The notes: a model not told the origin generated them from the letters alone. DNA of 64,000 bases from an uncultured Candidatus Rokubacteria bacterium (GCA_963762145.1 CAVXJS010000016.1:1-64000), one strand, 5' to 3'; counted from the first letter of the stretch, positions 1 to 12,391 are shown. Numbers and translations: made by a program.

Positions 1-434
1 ACGACCGGGATCGCGCGCAGCACCGTGCCCCGGTCGCGACAGGCCATCTGCCACGGGATCAGGTTCGAATGGTGCTCGAGCTCGCTCACGATGATCTCGT
101 CGCCCGGCTTGAGCGTCCGGCCCACCGCCTGGGCCACCAGGTTGATCCCCTCGGTGGTGCCGCGCGTGAAGATGATCTCCTCGCGGCTCCGGGCGCCCAG
201 GAAGGCGCGCACCGCGTCCCGGGCGGCCTCGTAGCGCTCGGTGGCCTCCTCGCCCAGGGTGTGGATGGAGCGGTGCACGTTGGCGTGGCTGGTCTGGTAG
301 TAGTTCGAGACCGCCTCGATCACCGCGAGCGGTTTCTGGCTGGAGGCGGCCGAGTCGAGATACACGAGCGGATGCCCGTTCACGACACGGGAGAGGATCG
401 GAAAGTCTCGGCGGGTCTTGTCGCCCAGGTTCAT
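1..434 (-). CDS. sufS: SufS-type (group II) cysteine desulfurase, runs off the window edge
   Basis: Own translation from ATG 434: MNLGDKTRRDFPIL...LVYLDSAASSQKP...ANVHRS...IIFTRGTTEGIN...EHHSNLIPW. Start overlaps the sufU stop (ATGA). Confidence 0.92.
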   Translation of the reverse strand, partial: MNLGDKTRRDFPILSRVVNGHPLVYLDSAASSQKPLAVIEAVSNYYQTSHANVHRSIHTLGEEATERYEAARDAVRAFLGARSREEIIFTRGTTEGINLVAQAVGRTLKPGDEIIVSELEHHSNLIPWQMACRDRGTVLRAIPV

Positions 435-805
435 CGCGTCACCTCCTGACCGCTGAGGGCCTCCTGCAGGACGCTCAGTGGGAGCGTCACGCACTTCATC
501 CGTGACGGCCGGATATCGGAATCGAGCCGCTCCAGCAGGCTCGAAGTGGTCTGGGTCTGCGCGAAGCCGACCGGCTGACCCTGCGCGGCCTCGAGGAGCA
601 GATCGGCGGAGGCCGCGCAGATCGCGCAGCAGTCGCCGGTCCACCGGGCCTCGGCCAGCCGCCCGTCGGCGAGCCGGCCCTGGATGCGCACGCGGTCCCC
701 GCAGAGCGGGTTGACGTCCTCGTGGGCCACGTCGGGGCGCTCGATCGCGCCGCGGAAGAGCGGCCGGCGGAAGCGCTCCCGGATCACGTCGCTGTAGAGG
801 GCCAT
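431..805 (-). CDS. sufU: SufU/IscU-family scaffold or sulfurtransferase
   Basis: NPLCGD, GDCCAICAASA and RMKC motifs; adjacent to sufS. Confidence 0.85.
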   Translation of the reverse strand: MALYSDVIRERFRRPLFRGAIERPDVAHEDVNPLCGDRVRIQGRLADGRLAEARWTGDCCAICAASADLLLEAAQGQPVGFAQTQTTSSLLERLDSDIRPSRMKCVTLPLSVLQEALSGQEVTR

Positions 806-806
806 G

Positions 807-1853
807 TCACTCGGCCAGCTCGCCGCGGACGCCGGTCTTGCGATACGGCGGAAAGCGATAGGCGCTGTCGCGCGAGAGCAGGCCGCCGTGGCCGAGCGCG
901 GCGATCTCCGCCGCGCCCGTCGGAAGGCCGGCCAGGATGCGCGGCAGCACCAGGTCGAACGTGGTGGCCTGCGAGAACATGCCGCAGGCGGGCATGCCGA
1001 GCACCGGGTGGCCCCGCACCTCCGCGATCCACAGCAGGCTGCCCGGGTGGGCCGGCGCGCCGTGCCGGATCATGCGGCCGCCCAGGCGCTCGAGGCCGGC
1101 GAAGACCGGATCGAGCGGGTCGAGCGAGCCCGCGCCGGCCGCGATCAGGATGTCGGCGCCGGCGGCCAGCAGGGCCTCCATCTCGGCGGCGACCGCGGCG
1201 GCGTCGCCGGCCGCGTAGCGCACCGGCAGGAGCCGCGAGCCGAACCAGTCCACCTTCTCGGTCAGGGAGGACTCGAAGCGCTGACGCTGCGGCGGGGCCA
1301 GCGTTTCCCGGCTGAGCGCGGCCAGCACACGGGGCTGGAAAGGCTTCACGGAGACGAGCCCGCCCGCGGCGGCGGCGCGGCCTTCCGCGTCCTTCACCAG
1401 GCGGTCCGGGATGGCCAGCGGGGTGATCTTGGCCCGGGCCACCGCCTCGCCCGACTCCACCGGCTGCTGGTCGTAGAGGGTGAAGACCGACATGCCCTCG
1501 AGCCCGTTGACCGCCGCGACCGCGGCGGCGTTGACACCGACGAGGCCGCGCCGCTGCGCCGCGAGGGTCCACTGCCCGCCGGTGTAGCCCTTGACCTCCA
1601 CGTTCGAGCCGCAGGCCGCGGCGGCCAGGCGAGAGCCCGCCGGCTCCTCGTGCACGTCGCCCGGCTCCAGCTCCAGCAGGTGCACCTCCGCCCAGGGCAG
1701 CGTCAGCAGACGCGCGGCCGCGCCCGCGTCGAGCGTCTGGCCCTTGGCGATCGAGACTTTCCCGGCCTGGTCGCGCACGTCGTGGCACGCGATGCGCCCT
1801 TCGAGCGCGTCGATCGTGACGTCCGCATTCCGGTTTACTGCGACAGCCTTCAA
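807..1853 (-). CDS. Molybdopterin-binding (MoCF_biosynth-like) accessory protein of Mo-hydroxylase clusters
   Basis: GDVHEE, KITPLA, GAPAHPGSLL, LGMPAC, FDLVLPR and LGHGGLL motifs; TTG start. Confidence 0.75.
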   Translation of the reverse strand: MKAVAVNRNADVTIDALEGRIACHDVRDQAGKVSIAKGQTLDAGAAARLLTLPWAEVHLLELEPGDVHEEPAGSRLAAAACGSNVEVKGYTGGQWTLAAQRRGLVGVNAAAVAAVNGLEGMSVFTLYDQQPVESGEAVARAKITPLAIPDRLVKDAEGRAAAAGGLVSVKPFQPRVLAALSRETLAPPQRQRFESSLTEKVDWFGSRLLPVRYAAGDAAAVAAEMEALLAAGADILIAAGAGSLDPLDPVFAGLERLGGRMIRHGAPAHPGSLLWIAEVRGHPVLGMPACGMFSQATTFDLVLPRILAGLPTGAAEIAALGHGGLLSRDSAYRFPPYRKTGVRGELAE

Positions 1854-1865
1854 GCTCTGTTCTGA

Positions 1866-1908
1866 TTGGGGGGGAGCGGTGCCGCTCCTCCCCCAAGCCC
1901 CCCCACCA
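1866..1908. repeat. Intercistronic GC-rich imperfect palindrome (REP-like)
   Basis: TTGGGGGGGAGCGG-TG-CCGCTCCTCCCCCAA followed by C-runs. Confidence 0.5.
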
Positions 1909-1926
1909 CACTGTTCATTCTGTCCC

Positions 1927-3015
1927 TCACTTGAGGCCGCGACGGACTTTTTCGGAGATCGGCATGCCGGTGGCGTTGCGATGGGTGGCCAGCGCCTCGG
2001 CCAGGATGCTCAGCGCGATCTCGGGCGCCGACTGGGCGCCCAGGTCGAGCCCGATGGGGACCCGCACCCGCAGCAGCGCGTCCTCGGCCACCCCGTCCTC
2101 GCGCAGCAGGTTCAGGATCGCGGCGCCGCGCCGGCTGCTGCCCAGGAGCCCGATGTAGCCCACCGGCGTGCCGAGCGCGTGCTTGAGCACGGGCAGGTCG
2201 TACTTGTAGTCGTGGGCCACCAGTACCAGCGCGGTGGTCGCGATCAGCGGGACCTGCTGCACCAGCTCGGAGGGCACCCCGATCCGGAGATCGTCCACGT
2301 CGGGGAAGCGCTCCTTGGTGGCGAAGCGCGGCCGGCCGTCTATCACGATGGTGCGGAAGCCGAGCGTCTTGGCCAGCGTCACGAGGGGCATCGCCACGTG
2401 GCTCGCCCCCACCACGAGCAGCGTGGACGGGGGCGCGAAGACCTCCGCGAAGGCGCGCACGTTCTCGAGGAAGAGCGTCCGCGACTTGCCCGCGGTCATG
2501 GCCTCGCGGGCCTCCGTGGTGAAGCGCTGGTCGAGGAAGGTGTCGCCGAGCGTGCCCTCCTGCCCGCCGTCGTCGAGGAGCAGCAGCTTGGCCCCGTGGC
2601 TCGGCGCATCCAGGCGCGTCACGATCACGGCCCGCCCGCCCTGCTCGGCGTGGACGCGGGCCCGCTCGTAGTAGACCAGCGTGGTGTCGTCCTTGTCGGC
2701 GAGGGTGACCGGCTCGAGGAAGACCTCGATGGTGCCCCCGCAGGTGAGGCCGATCTCCCAGGCCTCCTCGTCGCCCAGGTTCAGCTCGAGGAGCCGTGGC
2801 GCGTTCGTGCCCAGCACGTCGGCCGACTCCTCGATCACCTGCGCGTCCACGCAGCCGCCGATGGTCACCGAGCCGAGCACGCGCCCGCCCTCGCCGACGA
2901 GCATCTTCGCCCCTTCCTTCCGGGGCGTGGTGCCACGCGTGTTCACGAGGGTGGCCACCGTCACCTTCGACTCGTTCCGCTTGAGCTGGTTGAGCTGCTC
3001 GGAGAGCTCGGTCAT
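1927..3015 (-). CDS. xdhC: XdhC/CoxF/CoxI Moco chaperone
   Basis: GTTPRKEGAKM, GSVTIGGCVD, GLTCGG, YIGLLGS and PIGLDLGA..PEIALSILAE motifs. Confidence 0.9.
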   Translation of the reverse strand: MTELSEQLNQLKRNESKVTVATLVNTRGTTPRKEGAKMLVGEGGRVLGSVTIGGCVDAQVIEESADVLGTNAPRLLELNLGDEEAWEIGLTCGGTIEVFLEPVTLADKDDTTLVYYERARVHAEQGGRAVIVTRLDAPSHGAKLLLLDDGGQEGTLGDTFLDQRFTTEAREAMTAGKSRTLFLENVRAFAEVFAPPSTLLVVGASHVAMPLVTLAKTLGFRTIVIDGRPRFATKERFPDVDDLRIGVPSELVQQVPLIATTALVLVAHDYKYDLPVLKHALGTPVGYIGLLGSSRRGAAILNLLREDGVAEDALLRVRVPIGLDLGAQSAPEIALSILAEALATHRNATGMPISEKVRRGLK

Positions 3016-3020
3016 GTCGG

Positions 3021-4175
3021 CTACCTCAGGTTGAGATGGCTGGCCAGATCGCGCAGGCTGGCCAGGTTGTGCGCCGCCGCGAAGTGATCCACGAGCGGCA
3101 GCGCCGCCGCCATGCCCCGCGTCAGGGGCTCGTAGGACGGATTGCCCAGCAACGGATTGAGCCAGATGAGCCGGCCCGCCTTGCGCTTGATCGCCAGCAT
3201 TTCATTGGCCAGGACCTCGGGCTCGCCGGTGTCCCAGCCGTCCGAGAGGACGAGGACGATGGTGTGCCGGTCCACCAGGCTCCCCCACCGCGCGTTGAAC
3301 TCCTGCAAGGATTCCCCGATCCGGGTCCCACCCGAGAAGTCCCGCACCTCGGTCAGCTTGGCCAGGGCCTGGCGATAGGACGCACCCTTGAGATGCTCGG
3401 TCACCCGCGTCAGTCGCGTGGAGAACGTGAAGGTCTCCACGCGGCCGAAGACGTTCTGGAGCGCGTACAGGAACTGGAGCAGGAAGCGGCTATAGAGGTC
3501 CATGGAGCCCGAGACGTCGCAGAGCAGCACCAGGCGGACTTTGCGCCTCCGCCGCTCCCGTCGGCGCAGCTCGATGATCTCGCCCTTCATCAGGTTGGCC
3601 CGCATGCTCCGCCGCATGTCGATGACCCCGCCCCGCCGGGTCGGCCGCTTGCGACGGCTGATGCGCCGGGCCAGCCGCTTGGCGATCAGGATCGTGAGCC
3701 GGGCGACCTCGTCGAGATCCTCAACCGGAAAGGCCGAAAAGTCTTGATCCATGAGGATTTCACGGTCGCTGACTCCCGGGACCTCGAGCGGCTCGCCGTC
3801 GTCGTCGCCTTCCTCCTCCCAGCCCTCGAGCGCCACCGAGACCTTCTTCTGGGCGGCCTCCGCCCCGGTGTTGCCGGCGTGCTCCTCCGGGATGGCCGCC
3901 TCGGTCGGGCTCATCAGGCCGTCGAGCCCCTGCCCCTCCTCGGCCTGGAAGCGCCAGAAGACGTCGAAGCAGCGGTCGAAGGCGGGGAACTCCTCGCGCC
4001 GGGCGACCAGGGTCGTGCGCAGGGCCAGGTAGACGTCCTGGCGGTCCAGCAGGTCCACGACCTCGAGCGCCCGCACCCCGTCCATCAGCTCGGTGACCGT
4101 GAGCGGGAGCCCGGCCGCGCGCAGCATCTGCCCGAAGCGGACGACGGCGGTGGTGAGGTCGCGGCGCCCCGCCAT
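3021..4175 (-). CDS. coxE: CoxE-like VWA domain protein
   Basis: MIDAS motif DVSGSM, GGTRIG, SDGWDTG and WLNPL. Confidence 0.9.
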   Translation of the reverse strand: MAGRRDLTTAVVRFGQMLRAAGLPLTVTELMDGVRALEVVDLLDRQDVYLALRTTLVARREEFPAFDRCFDVFWRFQAEEGQGLDGLMSPTEAAIPEEHAGNTGAEAAQKKVSVALEGWEEEGDDDGEPLEVPGVSDREILMDQDFSAFPVEDLDEVARLTILIAKRLARRISRRKRPTRRGGVIDMRRSMRANLMKGEIIELRRRERRRRKVRLVLLCDVSGSMDLYSRFLLQFLYALQNVFGRVETFTFSTRLTRVTEHLKGASYRQALAKLTEVRDFSGGTRIGESLQEFNARWGSLVDRHTIVLVLSDGWDTGEPEVLANEMLAIKRKAGRLIWLNPLLGNPSYEPLTRGMAAALPLVDHFAAAHNLASLRDLASHLNLR

Positions 4176-4176
4176 G

Positions 4177-5067
4177 CTAGCCCTCGGCGGCCACGAAGCG
4201 CTTGAGACCGCTCGACGTCAGCTCCCGCTTGAAGCGCTTGATGTCGTCGGCGTCCTTCAGCACGCAGCCCAGGGTCTCGAGCACCAGGTCCTCGTCCAGG
4301 TGATCGGCGTGGAGCGAGGCGAGGGCCTGCGCCCAGTCGAGGCTCTCCGCCACTCCCGGCACCTTGGAGAGGCGCAGGCCACGGAGGCCCTCCATGAAGC
4401 GGGCGATCTGGCGCGCGAGCGCCTCGTTCACGCCCGGCACCTTGAGCGTCACGATCCGGACTTCCTTGTCGAAGCCGGGGAAGTCGACCCACAGGTAGAG
4501 GCACCGGCGCCGGAGCGCGTCCGAGAGCTCGCGTACGCGGTTCGACGTCAGGATGACGTACGGCGGATGCGCGGTCCGGATCGTGCCGATCTCGGGGATC
4601 GTGACCTGGAACTCGGCGAGGACCTCCAGCAGGAAGGCCTCGAACTCCTCGTCGCTCCGGTCGACCTCGTCGATCAGGAGCACCGGCGGCTTGCCGTCCT
4701 GGCTGATCGCCTGGAGCAGCGGGCGACGGATCAGGAAGGGCTCGGAGAAGATGGTGGCTTCCTTTTCCCGAAGCGTATGGGTGGTCGCCTCCTCGAGCTT
4801 GATGTGCAGGAGCTGCTTCGGGTAGTTCCACTCGTAGAGCGCCTGGGAGGCGTCGAGCCCCTCGTAGCACTGCAGGCGAATCAGGTTGGTGTCGAGCATG
4901 CGCGCCATCACCTTGGCGATCTCGGTCTTGCCGACGCCGGCGTGCCCCTCGATGAGGAGCGGCTTCCGGAGCGTCATGGCCAGGTGCACGGACGTCGCGA
5001 TGGCCGGATCCGTGACGTAGTTGGCCTTCTCCATCATCTGCTGGATCTTCTCGATCTCGGCTCTCAT
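4177..5067 (-). CDS. coxD: CoxD-like MoxR AAA+ ATPase
   Basis: Walker A GHAGVGKT, RLQCYEGLD, Walker B LLIDEVD and ELSDALRRRC. Confidence 0.92.
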   Translation of the reverse strand: MRAEIEKIQQMMEKANYVTDPAIATSVHLAMTLRKPLLIEGHAGVGKTEIAKVMARMLDTNLIRLQCYEGLDASQALYEWNYPKQLLHIKLEEATTHTLREKEATIFSEPFLIRRPLLQAISQDGKPPVLLIDEVDRSDEEFEAFLLEVLAEFQVTIPEIGTIRTAHPPYVILTSNRVRELSDALRRRCLYLWVDFPGFDKEVRIVTLKVPGVNEALARQIARFMEGLRGLRLSKVPGVAESLDWAQALASLHADHLDEDLVLETLGCVLKDADDIKRFKRELTSSGLKRFVAAEG

Positions 5068-5079
5068 GGCCCTCTCAGT

Positions 5080-5682
5080 CTACACCGCGTGATTGCCTGC
5101 CCGGAGATTGGCCCGGATCTTCTCATAGTCGTCGGGCGTGTCCACGTCCGGCGGCATGGGCAGGTCGAGCTCGACCCACTCCACGCGGGTCGGCTCCTTC
5201 TGGATGATGGGTCGCGCGCCCTGGTCGCCGGTCAGGCGCAGGAGCTCGGGAAAGATCTCGCGCTTGAACACCACCGGGTTGCCCTGCCCGTCCCGGTAGC
5301 GCGGCGCCACGATCAGCTTGGGACTCGTGCGCCGGGCCGCCAGCAGGGCCGGGATGATGGATGGAGGCATCAAGGGCTGATCGCCGAGGGCGATCAGGAC
5401 GGCCTCCACCGACTCGGGCAGCGCGGCGATGCCGGTGCGCACCGACCCGGCCTGGCCCTCCTCGGGCGCCGGGTTCACCACCAGCTGCACCTCGAGGCCG
5501 GCCAGGGCCGCCTCGATCGGCTCGACGTCGGGGCCGGTCACGACCCACACCGCGTCCACCCCGCCCGCAAGCACGCTCTCGACCACATACCGGATGATGG
5601 CCCGTCGGCCCACCTTCATGAGCACCTTCGACTGGCCCATCCGGCGCGAGAGGCCGGCCGCGAGGACGATCCCCGCGATCAC
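5080..5682 (-). CDS. mocA: Molybdenum cofactor cytidylyltransferase (MocA-like)
   Basis: LAAGLSRRMG..K, LGDQP, GNPV, GDQGAR and DVDTPDDY. GTG 5682 chosen because the TTG at 5700 lies in a terminator. Confidence 0.85.
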   Translation of the reverse strand: MIAGIVLAAGLSRRMGQSKVLMKVGRRAIIRYVVESVLAGGVDAVWVVTGPDVEPIEAALAGLEVQLVVNPAPEEGQAGSVRTGIAALPESVEAVLIALGDQPLMPPSIIPALLAARRTSPKLIVAPRYRDGQGNPVVFKREIFPELLRLTGDQGARPIIQKEPTRVEWVELDLPMPPDVDTPDDYEKIRANLRAGNHAV

Positions 5683-5692
5683 GCGCGGCTCC

Positions 5693-5729
5693 AAAAACAA
5701 CGCCCCGCGGAGGTCATCCCGCGGGGCGT
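5693..5729 (-). terminator. Intrinsic terminator after coxM
   Basis: ACGCCCCGCGG-loop-CCGCGGGGCGT stem followed by TGTTTTT on the minus strand. Confidence 0.7.
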
Positions 5730-5756
5730 GTCGACTGGACGTCTCACCCGAGCGGC

Positions 5757-6620
5757 TTACTTCACGGCCGCGGCGGCCGCCTCCATCGCCCGCTTGGCGA
5801 AGACCCGCACCAGGTGGCTCTTGTATTCGACCGTGCCCTGCAGGTCGGCCTGGACGTCCACGCCCTCGGCCGCCTTCTCGGCCGCGGCCTGGATGGACGC
5901 CGCGTCGGCCGCCTTGCCGGTGATCGCGGCCTCGACGCCCTTGGCGCGCACCGCCTTCGTGCCCGCGCCGGTGACCGCGACGCTCGCCTTGCCGACCTTG
6001 CCGCCGTCCACGCTGAGCACCGCCGCGACGCCGACCACCGCGAACCGGGAGGCCGGATGCGGGAACTTCATGTACGCCGCACCGGTCTTGCCCGCCATCG
6101 CGGGGACGCGCACCTCGGTCAGGATCTCGTCCTCCGCGAGCGCGGTGGTGAGCAGGCCCTTGAAGAAGTCATCCGCCTTGATCGTGCGCTTGCCCTTGGG
6201 GCCCTCGGCCACCATCTCCGCGCCGAGCGCGATGATCGCAGCCGGGTAGTCCGCGGCCGGGTCCGCGTGGGCCAGGCTGCCGCCGATCGTGCCCATGTTG
6301 CGCACCATCGGATCCCCGATCTGGGCCGCCACCGCGGCGAGCATCGGGCACTTCGACTTCACGACCGCCGAGGACTCGACCTGGTAGTGCGTGGTCATCG
6401 CTCCGATGACGAGCGCGCCGCCCTCTTCCTTGATGCCGGACAGGCCGGAAACTTTCCGGAGATCGACGAGGTGCTTCGGCTGGGCCAGGCGCAGCTTCAT
6501 GGCCGGGAGCAGGCTGTGGCCGCCCGCCAGCAGCTTGGCGTCGTCCTTGTGGCGCCCGAGCAGATCCAGGGCCTCTCTGACGGTGCCGGGGGTGTGGTAC
6601 TCGAACTGGGCTGGGTACAT
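5757..6620 (-). CDS. coxM: Mo-hydroxylase/CODH-like FAD subunit (medium)
   Basis: C-terminal part of ORF 5757..8513, true ATG 6620: MYPAQFEY...LAGGHSLLP...IGAMTT...VRNMGTIGGSLAHADPAADYP. Confidence 0.92.
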   Translation of the reverse strand: MYPAQFEYHTPGTVREALDLLGRHKDDAKLLAGGHSLLPAMKLRLAQPKHLVDLRKVSGLSGIKEEGGALVIGAMTTHYQVESSAVVKSKCPMLAAVAAQIGDPMVRNMGTIGGSLAHADPAADYPAAIIALGAEMVAEGPKGKRTIKADDFFKGLLTTALAEDEILTEVRVPAMAGKTGAAYMKFPHPASRFAVVGVAAVLSVDGGKVGKASVAVTGAGTKAVRAKGVEAAITGKAADAASIQAAAEKAAEGVDVQADLQGTVEYKSHLVRVFAKRAMEAAAAAVK

Positions 6621-6634
6621 GTCGGCGTCTCCCC

Positions 6635-8995
<2,361 letters not shown>

Positions 8996-9004
8996 GGTCG
9001 CGCC

Positions 9005-9478
9005 TCACTTCCCCGCCATCTTCTCGGCGGCGTACTGGATGGCCTTGACGATGTTGTGGTAGCCGGTGCAGCGGCACATGTTGCCTTCCAGATCGTGGCG
9101 GATCTGCGCCTCGGTCGGCCGCGGATTGCGCTGCAGCATCTGGTGGGCGGACATGATCATTCCCGGCGTGCAGAAGCCGCACTGCAGCCCGTGCTTCTCC
9201 CAGAAGGCATCCTGGATCGGGTGGAGCTTGCCGTCCTTGGCGAGCCCTTCGATCGTGAGGACCTGCGCGCCGTCACACTGCACCGCGAGCAGCGTGCACG
9301 CCTTCACCGCCACGCCGTTGACATGCACCGTACAGGCGCCGCACTGGCTCGTGTCGCACCCGACGTGCGTGCCGGTCAGGCCCGCCTGCTCCCGGATGTA
9401 GTGGACGAGCAGCAGCCGCGGCTCGACTTCGTGAGACTGGGGAGCACCGTTGATCGTCATCGACACGGTCTTTTTCAC
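9005..9478 (-). CDS. coxS: 2x[2Fe-2S] small subunit
   Basis: [11 protein letters not shown]...C and QCGFCTPG...CRCTGY; GGAGG SD upstream of GTG 9478. Confidence 0.92.
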   Translation of the reverse strand: MKKTVSMTINGAPQSHEVEPRLLLVHYIREQAGLTGTHVGCDTSQCGACTVHVNGVAVKACTLLAVQCDGAQVLTIEGLAKDGKLHPIQDAFWEKHGLQCGFCTPGMIMSAHQMLQRNPRPTEAQIRHDLEGNMCRCTGYHNIVKAIQYAAEKMAGK

Positions 9479-9527
9479 CGCGCAACCTCCTGAGTGATAA
9501 GGGTCCGAGGCCGGGAAAGCGCCCCCA

Positions 9528-9556
9528 ACCGTATGCCGGGCCGGGGGCGGTGTCAA
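9528..9556 (-). promoter_or_regulatory. Sigma70-type promoter for coxSLM
   Basis: TTGACA (9556-9551, overlapping the larC stop), N17, TACGGT (9533-9528). Confidence 0.55.
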
Positions 9557-10797
9557 GGGGTGGTGAGGAGCCGGCGGCCCTCCACGCGCGCCCGCTCGAG
9601 CACCTCGCGGACCGGGAGGCTCCGGTCGCGCGCGATCCGCCGCACTTCCTCGAATTCCGGCGTGACGGTGACCACCCGGCCCTCCAGCCGGGACACCTTG
9701 AAGGTCACCGACCCGTAGGCGGTGTCCAGCCGCACCATCTCGCGCTCGAGGCGGCTGCGCTGGTACGCGGTCCAGCGCACCCCGATGGTGGAGGATTCCT
9801 CGAACAGAAGCCGCGAGAGGTCGGCGACCCGCCCGGGCTCGCAAAGCGCGGTCAGGACCACCCCCGGGCGGCTGCGCTTCATGATGACCGGGGTGAGCCA
9901 GACGTCCAGCGCGCCGGCCTCGAGGAGGCGCTCCAGCAAGGGCTCGTAGAGCTGGGGCGACATGTCGTCGACGGTGGTCTCCACCTGGACGATGGTCTCG
10001 GTGGGGGTGGCGACCGCGGCCGGTGCGGCCTCCCCCAGGAAGAGCCGCAGCACATTGGGCGTCTCGAGGTCCATGGTGCCGGCGCCGTAGCCGACCGCGG
10101 TGACCCGCATCGCCGGCATGGCCCCGGCGCCGGCGGCCAGCGTCGTGAGGATCGCGGCGCCGGTCGGGGTCACCAGCTCCCGGCGAATGCCCGTGTCGAA
10201 CGTCGGGAAGCCCTTGAGCAGCTCGGCGGTGGCGGGTCCGGGTGCCGGCATGCGGCCGTGCGGGCCGTCGATGAACCCGCCACCGATCGGTAAGGCTCCG
10301 AAGTGGACGGCGTCGATGCCGAGCAGATGGAGGCCGATGCATGAACCGGTCACGTCCACGATGGCGTCTATCGCGCCCACGTCGTGGAATAGCACCCGCT
10401 CCGGGGTGGTACCGTGCACCCGCGCTTCGGCCTCGGCCAGCCGGCGGAAGACCCGGGAGGCGATGTCACGAACCGGAGAGGCGAGCTGGCTTCGCTCGAG
10501 AATGTCGAGGATCTCGCCGAGTCCGCGATGACCGGCCGGCTCGTGCCGATGCGCGCCCGGGTCCACCGCGCGGCCCATGTAGCCGGGGTCACGGTCGTAG
10601 CCCGCCAGGTGCACGTCGATCTTGGTGGCGCGGAAACCCGCCTTCATCACCTCGCGGCGCTCCAGGCGGTAGCCCTCGACGCCAAGACCCGCGAGCTCCT
10701 GCGCGAGGGTCTCGAACGGCGCCCCCGCGTCTACCAGCGCGCCCAGGATCATGTCGCCGGAGGCGCCGCTCGGGCAGTCGAAGTAGGCCAGCCGCAT
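9553..10797 (-). CDS. larC: Nickel-pincer cofactor nickel insertase LarC
   Basis: [50 protein letters not shown] and PEFEE; single uninterrupted ORF. Confidence 0.92.
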   Translation of the reverse strand: MRLAYFDCPSGASGDMILGALVDAGAPFETLAQELAGLGVEGYRLERREVMKAGFRATKIDVHLAGYDRDPGYMGRAVDPGAHRHEPAGHRGLGEILDILERSQLASPVRDIASRVFRRLAEAEARVHGTTPERVLFHDVGAIDAIVDVTGSCIGLHLLGIDAVHFGALPIGGGFIDGPHGRMPAPGPATAELLKGFPTFDTGIRRELVTPTGAAILTTLAAGAGAMPAMRVTAVGYGAGTMDLETPNVLRLFLGEAAPAAVATPTETIVQVETTVDDMSPQLYEPLLERLLEAGALDVWLTPVIMKRSRPGVVLTALCEPGRVADLSRLLFEESSTIGVRWTAYQRSRLEREMVRLDTAYGSVTFKVSRLEGRVVTVTPEFEEVRRIARDRSLPVREVLERARVEGRRLLTTP

Positions 10798-10803
10798 ATG
10801 GGG

Positions 10804-11563
10804 CTAGCGGAGCTTTGAGGCGAGCTTGTTGATCTGGTTCGCCTGCGCGGCCGCGCCGTAGCCGTTGTCGATGTTGACCACCGAGACGCCGGGAGCGCAG
10901 GAGTTGAGCATGGCCAGCAGCGCGGCCACCCCGCCGAACGAGGCGCCGTAGCCGACGCTGGTCGGCACCGCGATCACCGGGCGATCGACGAGCCCGCCGA
11001 GCACGCTGGGCAGCGCGCCCTCCATGCCCGCGACCGCGATGATCGCGTTGGCCTCGTTGAGGCGGTCCAGATGCGGCACCAGCCGGTGCAGGCCGGCGAC
11101 TCCGCAATCGAACAGGCGCTCGACGACGGTTGCCCATCGCCTCCGCGGTGACCGCGGCCTCCTCGGCCACCGGCTGATCGGAGGTGCCGGCGCTGACCAC
11201 GACGATGAGGCCGACGCCCTCGCGCGGCACCGGCTTTACCACGACGAGGCGGGCGGCCTCGTGCACCCGGCACGGCAGGCCGCTCGCGAGCAGCGCGGCC
11301 ACCACCGCGGGCTCGGCCCGCGTGGCGAGCACGTTGTCGTGCGCGTCCGCGAGCCGTCGCACGATCGTCACCACCTGCTCCGGAGTCTTGCCCTGGCAGA
11401 AGACGGCCTCGGGTACCCCGTGGCGGAGCGAGCGGTGCAGATCCACGCGGGCGAAGCGCAGGTCCTCCACGGGAAGCGCGCGGAGCCGGGCCAGGGCCTG
11501 CTCGGGCGCCATCGCGCCGGCCGCGACCGCCTCCAGGAGCGCCCTTACTTTTTCCCGATCCAC
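10804..11563 (-). CDS. larB: NPN biosynthesis carboxylase/hydrolase LarB (1-nt frameshift near 11125)
   Basis: N part from GTG 11563: ARVDLHR...[12 protein letters not shown]...SAGTSD. C part: [10 protein letters not shown]...[10 protein letters not shown]...PTSVGYG...[15 protein letters not shown]. Confidence 0.88.
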
Positions 11564-12378
11564 TTCAGCACCTCGTTGGCGCTGCCGCTCCGGAAGCCCT
11601 GGAGATCGAGCGTCACGTAGAGATAGCCCAGCTCGCGGAAGCGCCGCACGATCGTGCCGTGCCGGTCCTCCTCCCAGAGCCGCGGCATCTCCTCCGGCGC
11701 CAGCTCCAGGCGGGCCAGGCGGTCGTGATGGCGCACCCGGAACTGACGGAAGCCCAGGCTCCGCACGCAGGTCTCCGCGTCGTCGATCCGGCGGAGCTTC
11801 TCGGCGGTGATGGGATCTCCGTACTGGAAGCGGGAAGACAGGCACGCGAAGGAGGGCTTGTCCCAGGTGGGCAGCCCGAGCGCCTTCGAGAGCGCCCGGA
11901 TCTCCTCCTTCCAGAGCTCGGCCTCGATCAGCGGGGCCCGCACGCCGCGTGCCTCCGCCGCCTTCATGCCGGGTCGGTGATCGCCCAAATCGTCCATGTT
12001 CGCGCCGTAGATCACCTGCGCGGTGCCCGCCGCTCGGGCGATCGGCTCGAGGTGCGTGAAGAGCTCCTCCTTGCAGTGGAAGCACCGGTCCGGCGCGTTT
12101 CGCGCGTACTCCGGCCGGTCGAGCTCGCGGGTGCGGATGATCTCCTGGCGGAGGCCGAGCAGGGCGGCCAGCCGCTGCGTCTCCGCGAGCTCGGCGGCGG
12201 GGTAGGTCTCGGAGTCGGCGGTCACCAGCGTCGCGCCGTCGCCGAGGGCATCCTTGGCCGCGCGCGCGAGGAAGGTCGAGTCGACGCCCCCGGAGAAGGC
12301 CACGATCACGCGCGTCATCCCCCGGAGGAGCTCCACGAGCCGATCGTACTTGGCGTCGAGCGTGGCCTGATCCGCCAT
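11545..12378 (-). CDS. larE: ATP-dependent sulfur transferase LarE (CxxC...C type)
   Basis: PP-loop AFSGGVDS, RCFHCK, DDLGDHRPG, ACLSSR and GFRSGS. Confidence 0.92.
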   Translation of the reverse strand: MADQATLDAKYDRLVELLRGMTRVIVAFSGGVDSTFLARAAKDALGDGATLVTADSETYPAAELAETQRLAALLGLRQEIIRTRELDRPEYARNAPDRCFHCKEELFTHLEPIARAAGTAQVIYGANMDDLGDHRPGMKAAEARGVRAPLIEAELWKEEIRALSKALGLPTWDKPSFACLSSRFQYGDPITAEKLRRIDDAETCVRSLGFRQFRVRHHDRLARLELAPEEMPRLWEEDRHGTIVRRFRELGYLYVTLDLQGFRSGSANEVLKWIGKK

Positions 12379-12391
12379 CGCGTGCTCTCCT

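Noticed and set aside
9553-11563. Programmed ribosomal frameshift in lar genes
   Set aside because: larC is one ORF here; the larB break has no slippery sequence and resembles the other indel errors.
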